The notes under the pieces were generated by a model. It did not search any database and had not been told where the DNA came from. It saw only the letters and a list, made by a program, of their open reading frames with translations. Source: an uncultured delta proteobacterium (GTDB taxonomy: Bacteria; Desulfobacterota; RBG-13-43-22). Taken from it: a stretch of DNA of 64,000 nt. Shown here piece by piece: positions 39,690 to 49,924 of the stretch (position 1 is the stretch's first letter; each line of letters opens with the position of its first letter). The stretch spans positions 128,001-192,000 of the forward strand of contig CAWBOS010000006.1 of assembly GCA_963790475.1 (NCBI GenBank), read 5' to 3'. The position numbers were made by a program, and so were the translations under genes.

Positions 39690-40565
39690 ATGCCTGAAAA
39701 ATCGATTTGCATAATCGACCCTTTTGAAAATATCTTCAATGTTTATAGGATGATCCTGGAAGAGAAAGGGTTTGCGGTTCATACCTTCGCTGAGCTGGAT
39801 CCGGCCCTTCAAAGTTGTTCTTCAATAGCCTATTCTATTATAATTACAGAATATTTCTTTCCTTTGGAAAAAATGTGTCATTTTATCCGATCGGTAAAAA
39901 AGCTGGTGTCGGAGAGCTATCTCATAATGAGCACTTCGGTGATCATTGATGATCCAACCTATAAAAAAATGTTTGATGCCGGATTGGAGGATTTGTTGCT
40001 CAAACCTTACGGACAAGAGAAACTCATGGCCCATATTGAAAAAGGTATTAAAAGGCAGAAGATATTCCTTGGAAATAAAAGAAAGGCAAAAGAAAATGGT
40101 GGTTTTTCTAGTATACAAGAGGATCATCCGGGAGTCTATGGCCCCGCCTTTTTTAAAAAACTGATTCGACAAGATATAAAAAAGGCGAGAAGGCACCAAC
40201 AGCCGCTATCCTTGATCTTATTAAAACTTCCGTCAAAAGATAGATTGGGTAATCGATTTGGATCATTCTATACGGAATTGATCGATCTGCTTAGAAAATC
40301 CCTGAGGGAAGAGGACATAATAGGAAGAGAAAATGGCAACCTGGGAATTATTCTCGATAAAACGGACGAAGCCGGTTCCCGGGACTTAGGTAGAAGGCTC
40401 TCAAAATTGATTCAAACCCATCCCTCTTTTAAAGCCAACTTTTCATTGCAAGAGACATTGAATGAACTTTCTTTTCAATATTATACCTTCCCTCACCAGA
40501 CTAATATTCCCGAATTTTTAACCCCGTTATTGAAAGAAATGGAAGTAGAATTCCCTTCGAACTGA
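39690..40565 (+). CDS. atypical receiver + degenerate GGDEF-like domain protein
   Basis: REC-like N-terminus (IITEY, LLKPY); C-terminus KARRHQQPLSLILL...LREEDIIGRENGNLGIIL lacks GGDEF. Confidence 0.7.
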   Translation: MPEKSICIIDPFENIFNVYRMILEEKGFAVHTFAELDPALQSCSSIAYSIIITEYFFPLEKMCHFIRSVKKLVSESYLIMSTSVIIDDPTYKKMFDAGLEDLLLKPYGQEKLMAHIEKGIKRQKIFLGNKRKAKENGGFSSIQEDHPGVYGPAFFKKLIRQDIKKARRHQQPLSLILLKLPSKDRLGNRFGSFYTELIDLLRKSLREEDIIGRENGNLGIILDKTDEAGSRDLGRRLSKLIQTHPSFKANFSLQETLNELSFQYYTFPHQTNIPEFLTPLLKEMEVEFPSN

Positions 40566-40757
40566 CCCAGTGGCTTTTTTGGGTAGGTCGGCCTTTCTTA
40601 GTAACTATCTTTAATTACAATAAAAAAAAAACAAGCCGGACATTTTTGTTTTATGTTTGTGCAAAAAAGTCCATTTTAGACCGACAATCCTCACTTTTCT
40701 AGGGATCTATTAATAAAATAATCTCAAAAAACAATAGGTTGTGATAATTTTTTTTCT

Positions 40758-40773
40758 TGGCCTGACTATTGCA
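40758..40773 (+). promoter_or_regulatory. sigma54 (-24/-12) promoter
   Basis: TGGCCT-GACTA-TTGCA with exact GG-N10-GC spacing, between sigma54 activator genes. Confidence 0.65.
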
Positions 40774-41013
40774 AATCATTAATTTTCAAAAAGGTCAAAA
40801 ACAGTTAATAATCTCTTGGTGGGGTTAACTAACAGGTATTCCATAAAAATTTACCATAGAAAACTATGAGCGAAATCCAAGGAGAAAAAAGCGGTTGTCC
40901 ACTTTGGAGGATTAAAACCCAAGGGCAGGAATGTAGAGAGCTTTGAAAAATTTCTGTTTTCGAATCCATCACAAGTAGAAGATTAGAGAATTAATAAGAG
41001 GTTTTAGATAAAA

Positions 41014-41451
41014 ATGGTTCAGGAAACTATACTTATATTGGAAGAGGATCTTCAACTCCAGTGGATTTTGAAAACCTATTTGGAGAACAAAGGGTTTAAT
41101 ATTATCGCTCATGATACTATTGAAAAGGTGAGGGAATCTATCTCCAAAGAAAAAATATCTGTATTCATTACGACAGAATATTGGGTCAACCACTCCCATA
41201 TGCTGGAAATCATCAAGCAGTTGAAAACGACCCTTCCCAAAATTTACATTATGTTGATTACTTATAGAATGATGGATGAAAAGGAATATGAGGATTTTCT
41301 TGTTGCCGGCGTCGATGATCTTTTAGAAAAGCCTTTTTCATTAAGTAAAATCCCGGTCCTTCTCAATAAAAGATTGGGATTCGTTTCCTGTTTATCTTCA
41401 AAAATAAATTTGGATCAGAATGAACAAAGGGTAAATGGTTCAGATAGGTAA
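41014..41451 (+). CDS. stand-alone atypical receiver protein
   Basis: ILILEED, FITTEYW, MLIT, GVDDLLEKPF. Confidence 0.75.
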   Translation: MVQETILILEEDLQLQWILKTYLENKGFNIIAHDTIEKVRESISKEKISVFITTEYWVNHSHMLEIIKQLKTTLPKIYIMLITYRMMDEKEYEDFLVAGVDDLLEKPFSLSKIPVLLNKRLGFVSCLSSKINLDQNEQRVNGSDR

Positions 41452-41499
41452 TGGTTCTAAAATAATCAATGGTGACCCGAATGAAAGGAACTTCGTACA

Positions 41500-43242
41500 A
41501 TGGTTGTCCCAGCCAAGAAACTTTTTGGGGAGGAAGATTCGGTGAGTAGGGAAAACAACGATACTAGCTTAACTGAGTTAGGAAATAAAAATGACTCTGT
41601 TCAGCTGCCGTTAATTTTTCCCGAAAAGGGCACTGCTTTTGCGTTCTTCCACAAAATACAAAAGGCCATGTCCGGACTGCCCAATTTTATTGAAACCTGT
41701 AAAGGTATTATGGATACGGTTATAGAAGAAATTGATGCCGAAAATTGTTCCCTCATGCTAAAGGACCCCCTTTCCGGTGAATTATCCATTTTTATGGCCC
41801 GCGGGAAAAAGGATACCCAGAGCACTCACTATCCGGGACCTGTTGGTAAAAGAGGGCGGTTTAAATCAGGAGAGGGGATCGCCGGGTGGGTCTTCCAGGA
41901 GGGGTTTTCTTTAATCGTCGGGGATACCGATGTGGAACCTCGTTTCAAAAAAGGGGCAGGGTTAAACAATAATTTAAAATCAATTAGCTGTTTCCCTGTT
42001 CGCGAAAAGGAGGAAATTGTCGGGGTATTTAATATCAGTCATTCCCGATACAAGGCCTTTGGGGAATGGGAACGTATTGCCATGGCCTACGTCGTCAATC
42101 AAATTGGGGCGGCGTTAACGTCGTCTCTTTTTTTCCTCCAGATCAATCAGGTCGATCCCTTTAAAGGGTCTGAATTAAATGGTTCAACGCAGAATCAAGG
42201 GATGGACAATGGCTCGTTTCACCGGATTGGATATGAACCGGTTGAGCAGAATAATGGGGAATTTGTTTTTTCCAGCGAGAAAATGAAACAAATCGAAACC
42301 ATAATCAATCAAATTGCCAATACCAATGTCACTGTTTTTATCGAAGGAGAAAGCGGAGTCGGCAAAGAGGTGGTGGCTCGGGCCATTCATAAGAAATCTT
42401 CCCGAAGGGACAAGCCGTTCATTAAAGTAAACTGCGCGGCTCTCCCCACTGAATTGTTGGAGAGTGAATTGTTTGGATACGAAAAAGGGGCCTTTACCGG
42501 AGCTTATAAGCAAAAGCCCGGGAAATTTGAACTGGCCAACGGTGGGACCATCTTTTTGGATGAAATTGCCGAAATAAAACCATCGCTTCAGGCTAAATTG
42601 CTACAGGTCCTTCAAGACAATGAATTTTCAAGACTGGGAGGGAAGAAGGATATTAAGGTTGATGTGATGATTTTATCGGCGACCAATAAAAATATTCAGG
42701 AAGCTATTAAAAGTGGCGCGTTCCGTGAAGACTTCTATTATCGTTTAAATATCGTCAATATCACTATCCCACCTCTAAGGGAACGGAAAGAAGAAATTCC
42801 TGTTTTAATAGAGCATTTTTTAAATAAATTCGCCACAAAATTCAATGTGAATAGAAAAATTAAATTATCTGACCACGCCCTTAAGACATTGCTCCAATAT
42901 AATTGGCCGGGGAATATTCGGGAACTGGAAAACATGATTCAGAGATTTATTGTCTTGGGTAATGAAGGGGCCATGATCGGGGATTTACCTATGTCTATCC
43001 ACCCTCATGCGGCACAGGTTTCAAAGAAGCCGTCCCCTTTTAAAATTTGGCCGTCCTTGAAAGAAGTTAACCGGCGGGCTGTTCAAAGAGTCGAAACAGA
43101 GGCCATCAAAAAAATATTGGAACATACCTGTTGGAACCGAAGAAAATCGGCCCAACTCTTAAATATCAGTTATAAAACATTATTGCATAAAATGAAAGAG
43201 TGCCAGATTAAAGGGGATTCAGTTATCCCGGAGTTAAGGTAA
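41500..43242 (+). CDS. GAF-domain sigma54 enhancer-binding protein
   Basis: [11 protein letters not shown]; [36 protein letters not shown], Fis-type HTH. Confidence 0.93.
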   Translation: MVVPAKKLFGEEDSVSRENNDTSLTELGNKNDSVQLPLIFPEKGTAFAFFHKIQKAMSGLPNFIETCKGIMDTVIEEIDAENCSLMLKDPLSGELSIFMARGKKDTQSTHYPGPVGKRGRFKSGEGIAGWVFQEGFSLIVGDTDVEPRFKKGAGLNNNLKSISCFPVREKEEIVGVFNISHSRYKAFGEWERIAMAYVVNQIGAALTSSLFFLQINQVDPFKGSELNGSTQNQGMDNGSFHRIGYEPVEQNNGEFVFSSEKMKQIETIINQIANTNVTVFIEGESGVGKEVVARAIHKKSSRRDKPFIKVNCAALPTELLESELFGYEKGAFTGAYKQKPGKFELANGGTIFLDEIAEIKPSLQAKLLQVLQDNEFSRLGGKKDIKVDVMILSATNKNIQEAIKSGAFREDFYYRLNIVNITIPPLRERKEEIPVLIEHFLNKFATKFNVNRKIKLSDHALKTLLQYNWPGNIRELENMIQRFIVLGNEGAMIGDLPMSIHPHAAQVSKKPSPFKIWPSLKEVNRRAVQRVETEAIKKILEHTCWNRRKSAQLLNISYKTLLHKMKECQIKGDSVIPELR

Positions 43243-43491
43243 TTGGCTCAGTGACTGAATTTATAAAACACGGGTAATTTATTATCCACTTCATTTTTTT
43301 TCTGTTAACCTATTAAAAATGGGTGGACAGGAGAAGAAAAGTAGATAATAGTTAACCTTTTTACACGTTTGATGTATTTTATTTCCTTTTTTAGAACCAA
43401 AAATACCATTAAAGGGTATGATTTTTCCATTTTTTGATTTGAGATTATTAAAAATGTTCAAAAAATTGAGTTTTATGGTTGTCGTGAACCA

Positions 43492-43791
43492 ATGATTGGC
43501 AAATTAGAAGAAGTTAAGGAGGAAAGGAATCCAATGTCCGTTGAAATGGTTTCTCTGGTTTCTTCACCGGAATCAAATGTATTTGATCTAAAAGAGATAG
43601 GAAGAAAGGCGGCGGAAGCAGCGGAAAGGGAACATATCAGAAACACCTTATCTTATACCAACTGGAATCGAAAGGCTGCGGCTAGGCTGCTTCAAGTCAG
43701 CTATAAGGCTTTACTCTATAAAATTGAAAAATATCATTTAAATGGGTTGCAAAGCCAAAAAGACAGGGAACAACAAGGAGTGAAAAGATGA
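43492..43791 (+). CDS. stand-alone Fis-type HTH protein
   Basis: AEREHIRNTLSYTNWNRKAAARLLQVSYKALLYKI; start may be 43534; stop overlaps the next ATG. Confidence 0.75.
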   Translation: MIGKLEEVKEERNPMSVEMVSLVSSPESNVFDLKEIGRKAAEAAEREHIRNTLSYTNWNRKAAARLLQVSYKALLYKIEKYHLNGLQSQKDREQQGVKR

Positions 43792-44429
43792 AATTCCGTA
43801 TATTAAGAATAGGGCTATCGATCATACTGATTGTATCAAGTCTTTTCATTACCCGGAGTTTTGTAATCGCTCAAAATGAAAAGGAAGTTTCAGCAAAATC
43901 CACTGCTCCGTCCCCGGTCCCGTTACCGGTCCCGCCGGACAGCGACAAATATTTAATCGGACCGGAAGATGTCCTTTTTATACAGGTGTGGAAAGAAGAT
44001 CAGTTATCTCAACAGGTAATGGTCAGGGCCGACGGTAAAATCTCCTTGCCTCTCATTGATGAGATCCAGGCTGCCGGTTTGACCCCCTTGCAATTGAAAG
44101 AAGTATTGACTCAGAAATTCAAACAGTTTGTCGAGACCCCCATTGTTACGGTCATGGTTCGTGAAGCCAAAAGTTTCAAGGTTTACATCGGCGGACAGGT
44201 GGCCAAGCCGGGTGTTTATACCCTGGTTGAGGAAATCACCCTCCTCCAGCTTATTCCATTGGCCGGCGGATTTACCGAATGGGCCAATCAACGAAAGATC
44301 CTCCTGGTCCGCAAAGAGGGAGGGCAGGAAAAGCGAATTACGATTAATTATAAAAAAATCATCTCCGGAGAGGATCTGAGCAGCAATGTGATACTTAAAC
44401 CCGGGGATACCATCATTGTACCGGACTGA
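43788..44429 (+). CDS. polysaccharide export protein (short OPX/Wza-like, PES + SLBB)
   Basis: YLIGPEDVL, VRADGKISLPLI, AAGLT, GQVAKPG, LAGGFT, LKPGDTIIVP. Confidence 0.9.
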   Translation: MKFRILRIGLSIILIVSSLFITRSFVIAQNEKEVSAKSTAPSPVPLPVPPDSDKYLIGPEDVLFIQVWKEDQLSQQVMVRADGKISLPLIDEIQAAGLTPLQLKEVLTQKFKQFVETPIVTVMVREAKSFKVYIGGQVAKPGVYTLVEEITLLQLIPLAGGFTEWANQRKILLVRKEGGQEKRITINYKKIISGEDLSSNVILKPGDTIIVPD

Positions 44430-44440
44430 TCCGGTCATCA

Positions 44441-44664
44441 GGTTATTGGGTTGCTTGGGTCTATTGGGTTAAGGGCTGCCGGGTTAAGGGTTACTGGAGT
44501 TTGTTGAGTTGAGTTAGTTTAAAGCTGATAACTTTTAGGGGGAGCAAGAGAGAATTTTTTGGTTTGATCGGTTTAGAATCCAACAAACTCAAGAAACTCA
44601 ATAACTCAAGTAACCAAACTAACACAAGCAACTCAAGTTAATCAATTAACCCAACAAACACAAG
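44441..44664. repeat. nonamer-periodic palindrome (TTGGGTT/TTGAGTT vs AACTCAA/AACCCAA)
   Basis: left arm GTTATTGGGTTGCTTGGGTCTATTGGGTT...; right arm AAACTCAAG AAACTCAAT AACTCAAG ... AACCCAAC. Confidence 0.65.
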
Positions 44665-44677
44665 GGGGGAAACCGGA

Positions 44678-45963
44678 ATGAAACTTAGAAAAGCGGAGTG
44701 GATAATGGGCTGGGTCGGGGTGCTGGTTCTGACGGTTGTTCCAACCGCCTTTGGGGCCGTGGAGGGACAGCTTTACGGATTCCATCCCTACATCAGCCTC
44801 CAAGGGGAATATAACGATAACATTTTCCTTACTCAGGATAACGCTAAAGCGGACTTCATCACCTCGGTTTACCCTGGTTTGAAATATACGACCAGGGGAG
44901 CAGGCTATAACTTCGAATTGGACTACAAGCTGGGACTGAATTTTTATGCTTCGGAATCGCAAAACAACTATATCAGTCACGATGGCCGGTTGACCACGGA
45001 TTATTCCTTCGATCCCCATTGGACGGTCCGGCTTAACGACGCGCTGACCCGGTCCCGGGAGGGGATTGAAAGTTACACAACCACAACACCTGCCGGCCAG
45101 CAGACCAATGTTGTTTCCAACCCCGGTGAGAAATTTATATTTGCGTCATATCTTTGAACCGGCATTAGAGTATAAATTCGGAAAAGAGGACCTGGTTGCG
45201 CTCCAGTATCGCAACATGATTTATCGGGTCGATGAAGGGGCCGGGGAAGACAGTACGGAAAACTCCATCGCTCCCCGTCTGGCCTACTGGTTCAATATCC
45301 GCAATGGGATTACCCTGGACTATACCTATTCTACTGCCCAATTCCAGACGCAACCCGACTGGGTGGGGAATACCGTGGCCGGAAAATACCTCTATCGTTT
45401 TAACCCCCGGACCATGGTTTTTGGGGCTTACAGCTATTCTATAATAGATTTTAAAGCTCCGGGGATTGATTATACGGTCCATTCTCCAAGCATCGGGGTG
45501 GAACATGCCTTCAGCTCCACCCTGAACGGCCGGGCCAGTTTAGGCTGGTTCTGGCAGGTGATGGATACGGGCTCTTCTTTCAATGGACCGGTTTATAACT
45601 TGTCAATAAGTCAGCGCTTCCAAAGAACCGATTATACAGTTGGCCCTGGAAGGTGGCTATCGGGAACAGTACTTCACCGTAGATAACCTGGGTTTTTCCA
45701 GGTATAACCAGGCCAGTGTTAGTGTGAACCACAAGCTTCGCGAGAGGATGTCCGTGGGGTTGACCGGGACCGTTTCGCGGGATGAGTACCAGAATCCCGA
45801 CCGTACTGATTTGACTTGGGGGCTGACAGGTAACTTTTCCTACCAACCCCTCAAATGGCTGACTGTTTCTTTGGGGGCCTCAACGTATGCAAGAGATTCG
45901 GACTTGAACGGAAACAGCTATCATGAGAACAGGGTGTTTTTGAAATTCATGGCGGAATATTAA
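44678..45963 (+). pseudogene. EPS-associated outer-membrane beta-barrel protein split by two +1 frameshifts (or sequence errors)
   Basis: signal peptide, EYNDNIF, alternating beta pattern continuous across ORFs 44678..45157, 45066..45686 and 45640..45963; C-terminal aromatic ...FMAEY; extra base near 45128 and 45639. Confidence 0.72.
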
Positions 45964-45966
45964 AAA

Positions 45967-46147
45967 GTTTATTGAGTTCATTGAGTTTGTTGGGTTCATT
46001 GAGTTACTTAAGTTGCTTGTGTTTTTGACTTTCATATCCCTGAACCCTATAAGGCAATGAACCCCAATAAACCCAATAAACCCAAAAGACCCAACAAACC
46101 AAACAGAAATGACCAAACAGACTAAATGACAAGACAAACTAAACAGA
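45967..46147. repeat. nonamer-periodic palindrome
   Basis: GTTTATTGA GTTCATTGA GTTTGTTGG GTTCATTGA left; AACCCAATA/AACCCAAAA/GACCAAACA right. Confidence 0.7.
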
Positions 46148-46160
46148 TGGAGAGTTATCA

Positions 46161-47645
46161 ATGATCAATTCCCAAAAATCTTTCAATCTTCACTCTTATA
46201 TAGATATCTTCCTCAAGCGGATCTGGTATTTTATCATCCCCCTGGTCTTAGTGGTTTCCGGTACCGTCGCTTACTTGATAACCACCCCCAAATGGTACCG
46301 ATCCAGCACGCTGGTCCTGGTTTCTCCGCAGAAGATCCCCCAGGACTACGTCAAGGCCACTGTGACCTCCACTGTAGCAGACCGGCTCCAGTCCATAGCT
46401 CAAGAGATCCTGAGCCGGACCCGCCTGGAGCAGGTGATTTCGGAGAATAAGCTTTATCCGGAAAAGGTGAAATCCTGGCCCATGGAGGCCGTGGTGGAAG
46501 CCATGCGCAAGGACATCATCATTGATGTCCCTAATGAGAGAGAAAAAGAGCAAAACCACTTTTCCATTTCCTATATCGGCAAGGACCCCAAAGTGGTGGC
46601 CTCAGTGACCGGTAAATTGGCTTCCCTCTTTATTGAAGAAAACCTGAAAATTCGGGAGCAGCAGGCCCAGGGAACAACGGAATTCCTGGAATCCGAGCTA
46701 AAAACCAATAAAGAGAAAGTGGATCAGGCCCAAATGGCGATCAGCTCTTTCAAAAGACAATTTATCAATGAATTACCGGAAAACAGAGACGCCAACTTAA
46801 AAATCCTGGAACAACTTCGTACCCAGAGCCAGAAAATAAACGAATCCATCAAAGGGCTCGAGGATCGGAAATTGATTATCCAAAGTCAGTTGGCCAACAT
46901 GCCCTATCTTGGGGAAGCGACCACCCGCCCCGGCTCTTCAACGGCAGGACTGGCTGATTCGTCAGCGGGCAAGCCGCCGATGGTACTGCAATTGAGCCAG
47001 TTAAAAAGTCAGTTGGAAAGTCTGCAAGCCACCTATACGAATAATCACCCCGACATCATTGTTACTAAAAAGAAGATCGCCGACCTGGAAAAGAAGCTGG
47101 CCGAAGGGCTCAGTGATGCTAAAAAAGGCAAGGGGGGGGACCCGGCCACTGACCAGTACAATTATATCCAAGAGGAGAGGAAAAACCAACTGCCTCTGAT
47201 AGACAAAGAAATAAGCCGGTTGAGGAAAGAGGATGAACGAACCCGCACTATGATAGCCGGCTACCAGGCCCGGATTGAGAATACTCCCATTCGAGAGTTG
47301 GGCCTGAGCACCAAAATTCAGGATTTCAACAACGTCAACGAAAGCTATCAGGTTTTACTCAAGAAGAATGCTGAAGCCCAGCAGGCCGAAAACCTGGAGC
47401 GCCGTCAGAAAGGGGAACAATTCCGGATTATCGATCCGGCGCGGGTTCCTGAAAAGCCTTTTAAGCCGGACATCCCCAAGGTGCTGGCCATCGGCTTGGC
47501 CCTGGGTCTCGGATTGGGTTTGGCCTTGACTTTTGTCCGGGAGCAGATGGATCGCTCTTTCCGGGATGCGGAAGATCTGGAAACGACTTTAGGATTAAAA
47601 GTCTTGGTCAGCATTCCGAAGATAGAAAAAGAAGCAACGGCCTAA
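46161..47645 (+). CDS. polysaccharide co-polymerase / chain-length determinant (Wzz/GumC-like)
   Basis: two TMs flanking a coiled coil, ILSRTRLE, YTNNHPDI, GEQFRIIDPARVPEKPFKP. Confidence 0.9.
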   Translation: MINSQKSFNLHSYIDIFLKRIWYFIIPLVLVVSGTVAYLITTPKWYRSSTLVLVSPQKIPQDYVKATVTSTVADRLQSIAQEILSRTRLEQVISENKLYPEKVKSWPMEAVVEAMRKDIIIDVPNEREKEQNHFSISYIGKDPKVVASVTGKLASLFIEENLKIREQQAQGTTEFLESELKTNKEKVDQAQMAISSFKRQFINELPENRDANLKILEQLRTQSQKINESIKGLEDRKLIIQSQLANMPYLGEATTRPGSSTAGLADSSAGKPPMVLQLSQLKSQLESLQATYTNNHPDIIVTKKKIADLEKKLAEGLSDAKKGKGGDPATDQYNYIQEERKNQLPLIDKEISRLRKEDERTRTMIAGYQARIENTPIRELGLSTKIQDFNNVNESYQVLLKKNAEAQQAENLERRQKGEQFRIIDPARVPEKPFKPDIPKVLAIGLALGLGLGLALTFVREQMDRSFRDAEDLETTLGLKVLVSIPKIEKEATA

Positions 47646-47662
47646 TAGCTATGAGCTAACGC

Positions 47663-48595
47663 ATGTATACAAATTTTTATAATTTAAAAGAAAGACCTTT
47701 TGAGATAACCCCCGATCCTGATTTTCTCTTCCTCAGCGAAAGTCATCGGGAAGCCTTGGCTCACTTGGTTTATTCGGCCAGAGAACGAAAGGGATTTACG
47801 GTAATTACCGGAGAAGTGGGGACAGGCAAGACCACCCTGGTCCAAGCCTTTTTAAGCCAACTTAACGGGAAGGTAAAAACAGCCTATATATTCAATCCAA
47901 AATTAACATCCATAGATTTTCTACGCTATATCTGTGAGGATTTTGGGTTGAAGGAAGAAAAACATTCTAAAGGGCAATACATCGGCCAGTTGCACAATTT
48001 TTTACTGGAGCATTACAGCCGGGATGAACAGGTGATTTTGATAATTGACGAGGCACAAAGTCTTCCTCCGGCCTTATTGGAGGAAGTTCGTCTGCTGACC
48101 AACCTGGAAACCCCCAAGAGTAAGCTTTTGCAGGTCATACTGGTTGGACAGCCGGAACTGGATACTGTCTTGAACAGTCATCAATTCCGCCAATTAAAGC
48201 AGAGGGTTAGCCTTCGCTATCACATATTTCCTTTGGACGAAGAGGACACCAGAAAGTACATTGAAAAAAGGTTGATTAGTGCCGGGGCAATAGACCCCCA
48301 TATTTTCACGGCCAAGGCCCTTGAAAAAATTTACAGCTATTCCGGGGGGATCCCCAGATTGATCAATATTATCAGTGACAATGCCCTATTGGCCGGATAT
48401 TCCGAAAGCAAGAAAATTATCGGACCTAAAATGATTAAAGAGGCCGCCCAAAAGTTGGAAAGCCGGCCGAGGTCAAAAGAAAAGAAAAGAAAACGAGTTT
48501 TGACCCGGATTCTCTTCCTGATGGTTATTATCACCCTGATCGTGATTTCTTATTGGGCTTGGCCCCGAATCGGTGGAATAACCTTTCGATTTTGA
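47663..48595 (+). CDS. ExeA/GspA-like AAA ATPase
   Basis: PFEITPDPDFLF, GEVGTGKTT, IIDEAQ, LVGQPEL, SGGIPRLIN; C-terminal TM. Confidence 0.9.
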   Translation: MYTNFYNLKERPFEITPDPDFLFLSESHREALAHLVYSARERKGFTVITGEVGTGKTTLVQAFLSQLNGKVKTAYIFNPKLTSIDFLRYICEDFGLKEEKHSKGQYIGQLHNFLLEHYSRDEQVILIIDEAQSLPPALLEEVRLLTNLETPKSKLLQVILVGQPELDTVLNSHQFRQLKQRVSLRYHIFPLDEEDTRKYIEKRLISAGAIDPHIFTAKALEKIYSYSGGIPRLINIISDNALLAGYSESKKIIGPKMIKEAAQKLESRPRSKEKKRKRVLTRILFLMVIITLIVISYWAWPRIGGITFRF

Positions 48596-48686
48596 AAAAT
48601 GAATAAGGTATTGAATTAAAGGAAAAAGAAATAACCCGAAGAATAGAAGGATTGTAACTCGTCCGGTGTTTGAAAAATAATTATTG

Positions 48687-48878
48687 TTCACCGCAAAGGC
48701 ACAAAGAACGCAGAGTGAATCATTATTGTTCAATCCCGTGAGAGGCGGGATTAAACAAAACAGATCTGGCCTCCAGCCAAATAATTACCTGGAGGTAGCG
48801 AAGGTTTTTTCGATTGCCGGCCTCTCACTGGCAATCGACAAAAGTACTTCTTGGCGCCCTCTGCGCCTTTGCGGTGAA
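48687..48878. mobile_element. MITE-like structured element (192 bp)
   Basis: perfect 14-bp terminal inverted repeats TTCACCGCAAAGGC / GCCTTTGCGGTGAA (18/20 over 20 bp) enclosing three internal hairpins. Confidence 0.65.
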
Positions 48879-48920
48879 AACAGTTATTACAAAAAGATAA
48901 ATTGATAAAAGGATTGATCA

Positions 48921-49757
48921 ATGAGTCATATTTATGAGGCGCTGGAAAAAGCGGAGCAAGAGAGAAATAAACAAATGGTAAAGGAAAAAGAGATAGAGAG
49001 TCCTAGACCTTCCAAGGAGGTTATCAGCCTGCCTTCCACGCAGTTTGATGTACCCTCTTTCCCTCTTTTTCAAACAGGGTCTCTGGCCGCGGAACAATTT
49101 CGAAAACTCAGGACTTTCCTGATCAAGAAGGATCCCCTGAAAACGGTTATGGTGACCAGTGCCCTCCAGGGAGAGGGGAAAACATTTGTTGCCTCCAATC
49201 TAGCGGTCGGGATTGCCTTTGACCTCCATCTCCATGCCTTATTGGTTGACTGTGATTTAAGGAATCCTTCCCTGGGAGAACACTTTGGGCTGACCGATGG
49301 AAAAGGGCTGTCGGATTTTCTGGTAGGCGAGGAATCGATTCCCGATCTGATAAACCATACCAAACTGGAAAGACTTACCTTGATATCGGGAGGCAGCATC
49401 CCGGTTAATCCGGCTGAATTGGTGGGATCCAAGAAGATGGAGGCCATGGTTGAGGAAATCAAAAACAGGTATGACGATCGCTACATCATCTTTGACACTA
49501 CGCCAATCCTGGCGACCTCCGAACCGGAGATTTTGACCAAATTAGTGGACGGGATCATCCTGGTAGTTCGGGCCGGGTTTACCCCCAGAGAAACCGTTCA
49601 ACAGGCGATCAATCTCATAGGAAAAGAGAAACTCCTGGGGGTCATATTAAACCAGGTAGAATTTAAATCTTCGGGCCTTTTCAAAAAGTATTTCGGTTCA
49701 AATGATTATTATAATTCTTATGGATATGGATACGGTTATAGAAGAGAAAAGAAGTGA
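48921..49757 (+). CDS. CpsD/CapB family (BY) tyrosine kinase
   Basis: EQFRKLR, TSALQGEGKT, LLVDCDLR, IFDTTP, C-terminal Tyr cluster DYYNSYGYGYGY. Confidence 0.93.
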   Translation: MSHIYEALEKAEQERNKQMVKEKEIESPRPSKEVISLPSTQFDVPSFPLFQTGSLAAEQFRKLRTFLIKKDPLKTVMVTSALQGEGKTFVASNLAVGIAFDLHLHALLVDCDLRNPSLGEHFGLTDGKGLSDFLVGEESIPDLINHTKLERLTLISGGSIPVNPAELVGSKKMEAMVEEIKNRYDDRYIIFDTTPILATSEPEILTKLVDGIILVVRAGFTPRETVQQAINLIGKEKLLGVILNQVEFKSSGLFKKYFGSNDYYNSYGYGYGYRREKK

Positions 49758-49908
49758 AAGGTAAAAGGGGAAAGGTGAAAGGCAGGTTTTTCATAATTCA
49801 CATTTTACATTTAACATTTCCCCAGTCATGTTTTGCACTTTGCATTTTGAACTTTGAAATTTGAATTGTTCGGTTCTTTTAACCTTTAACCTTTTGCATT
49901 TTGCACTT
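49754..49908. repeat. heptamer-periodic repeats (GAAAGGT, TTTGCAC/TTTAACC)
   Basis: GTGAAAG GTAAAAG GGGAAAG GTGAAAG left; TTTGCAC TTTGCAT TTTGAAC TTTGAAA and TTTAACC TTTAACC right. Confidence 0.55.
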
Positions 49909-49924
49909 AAAATTATTGGTTAGG

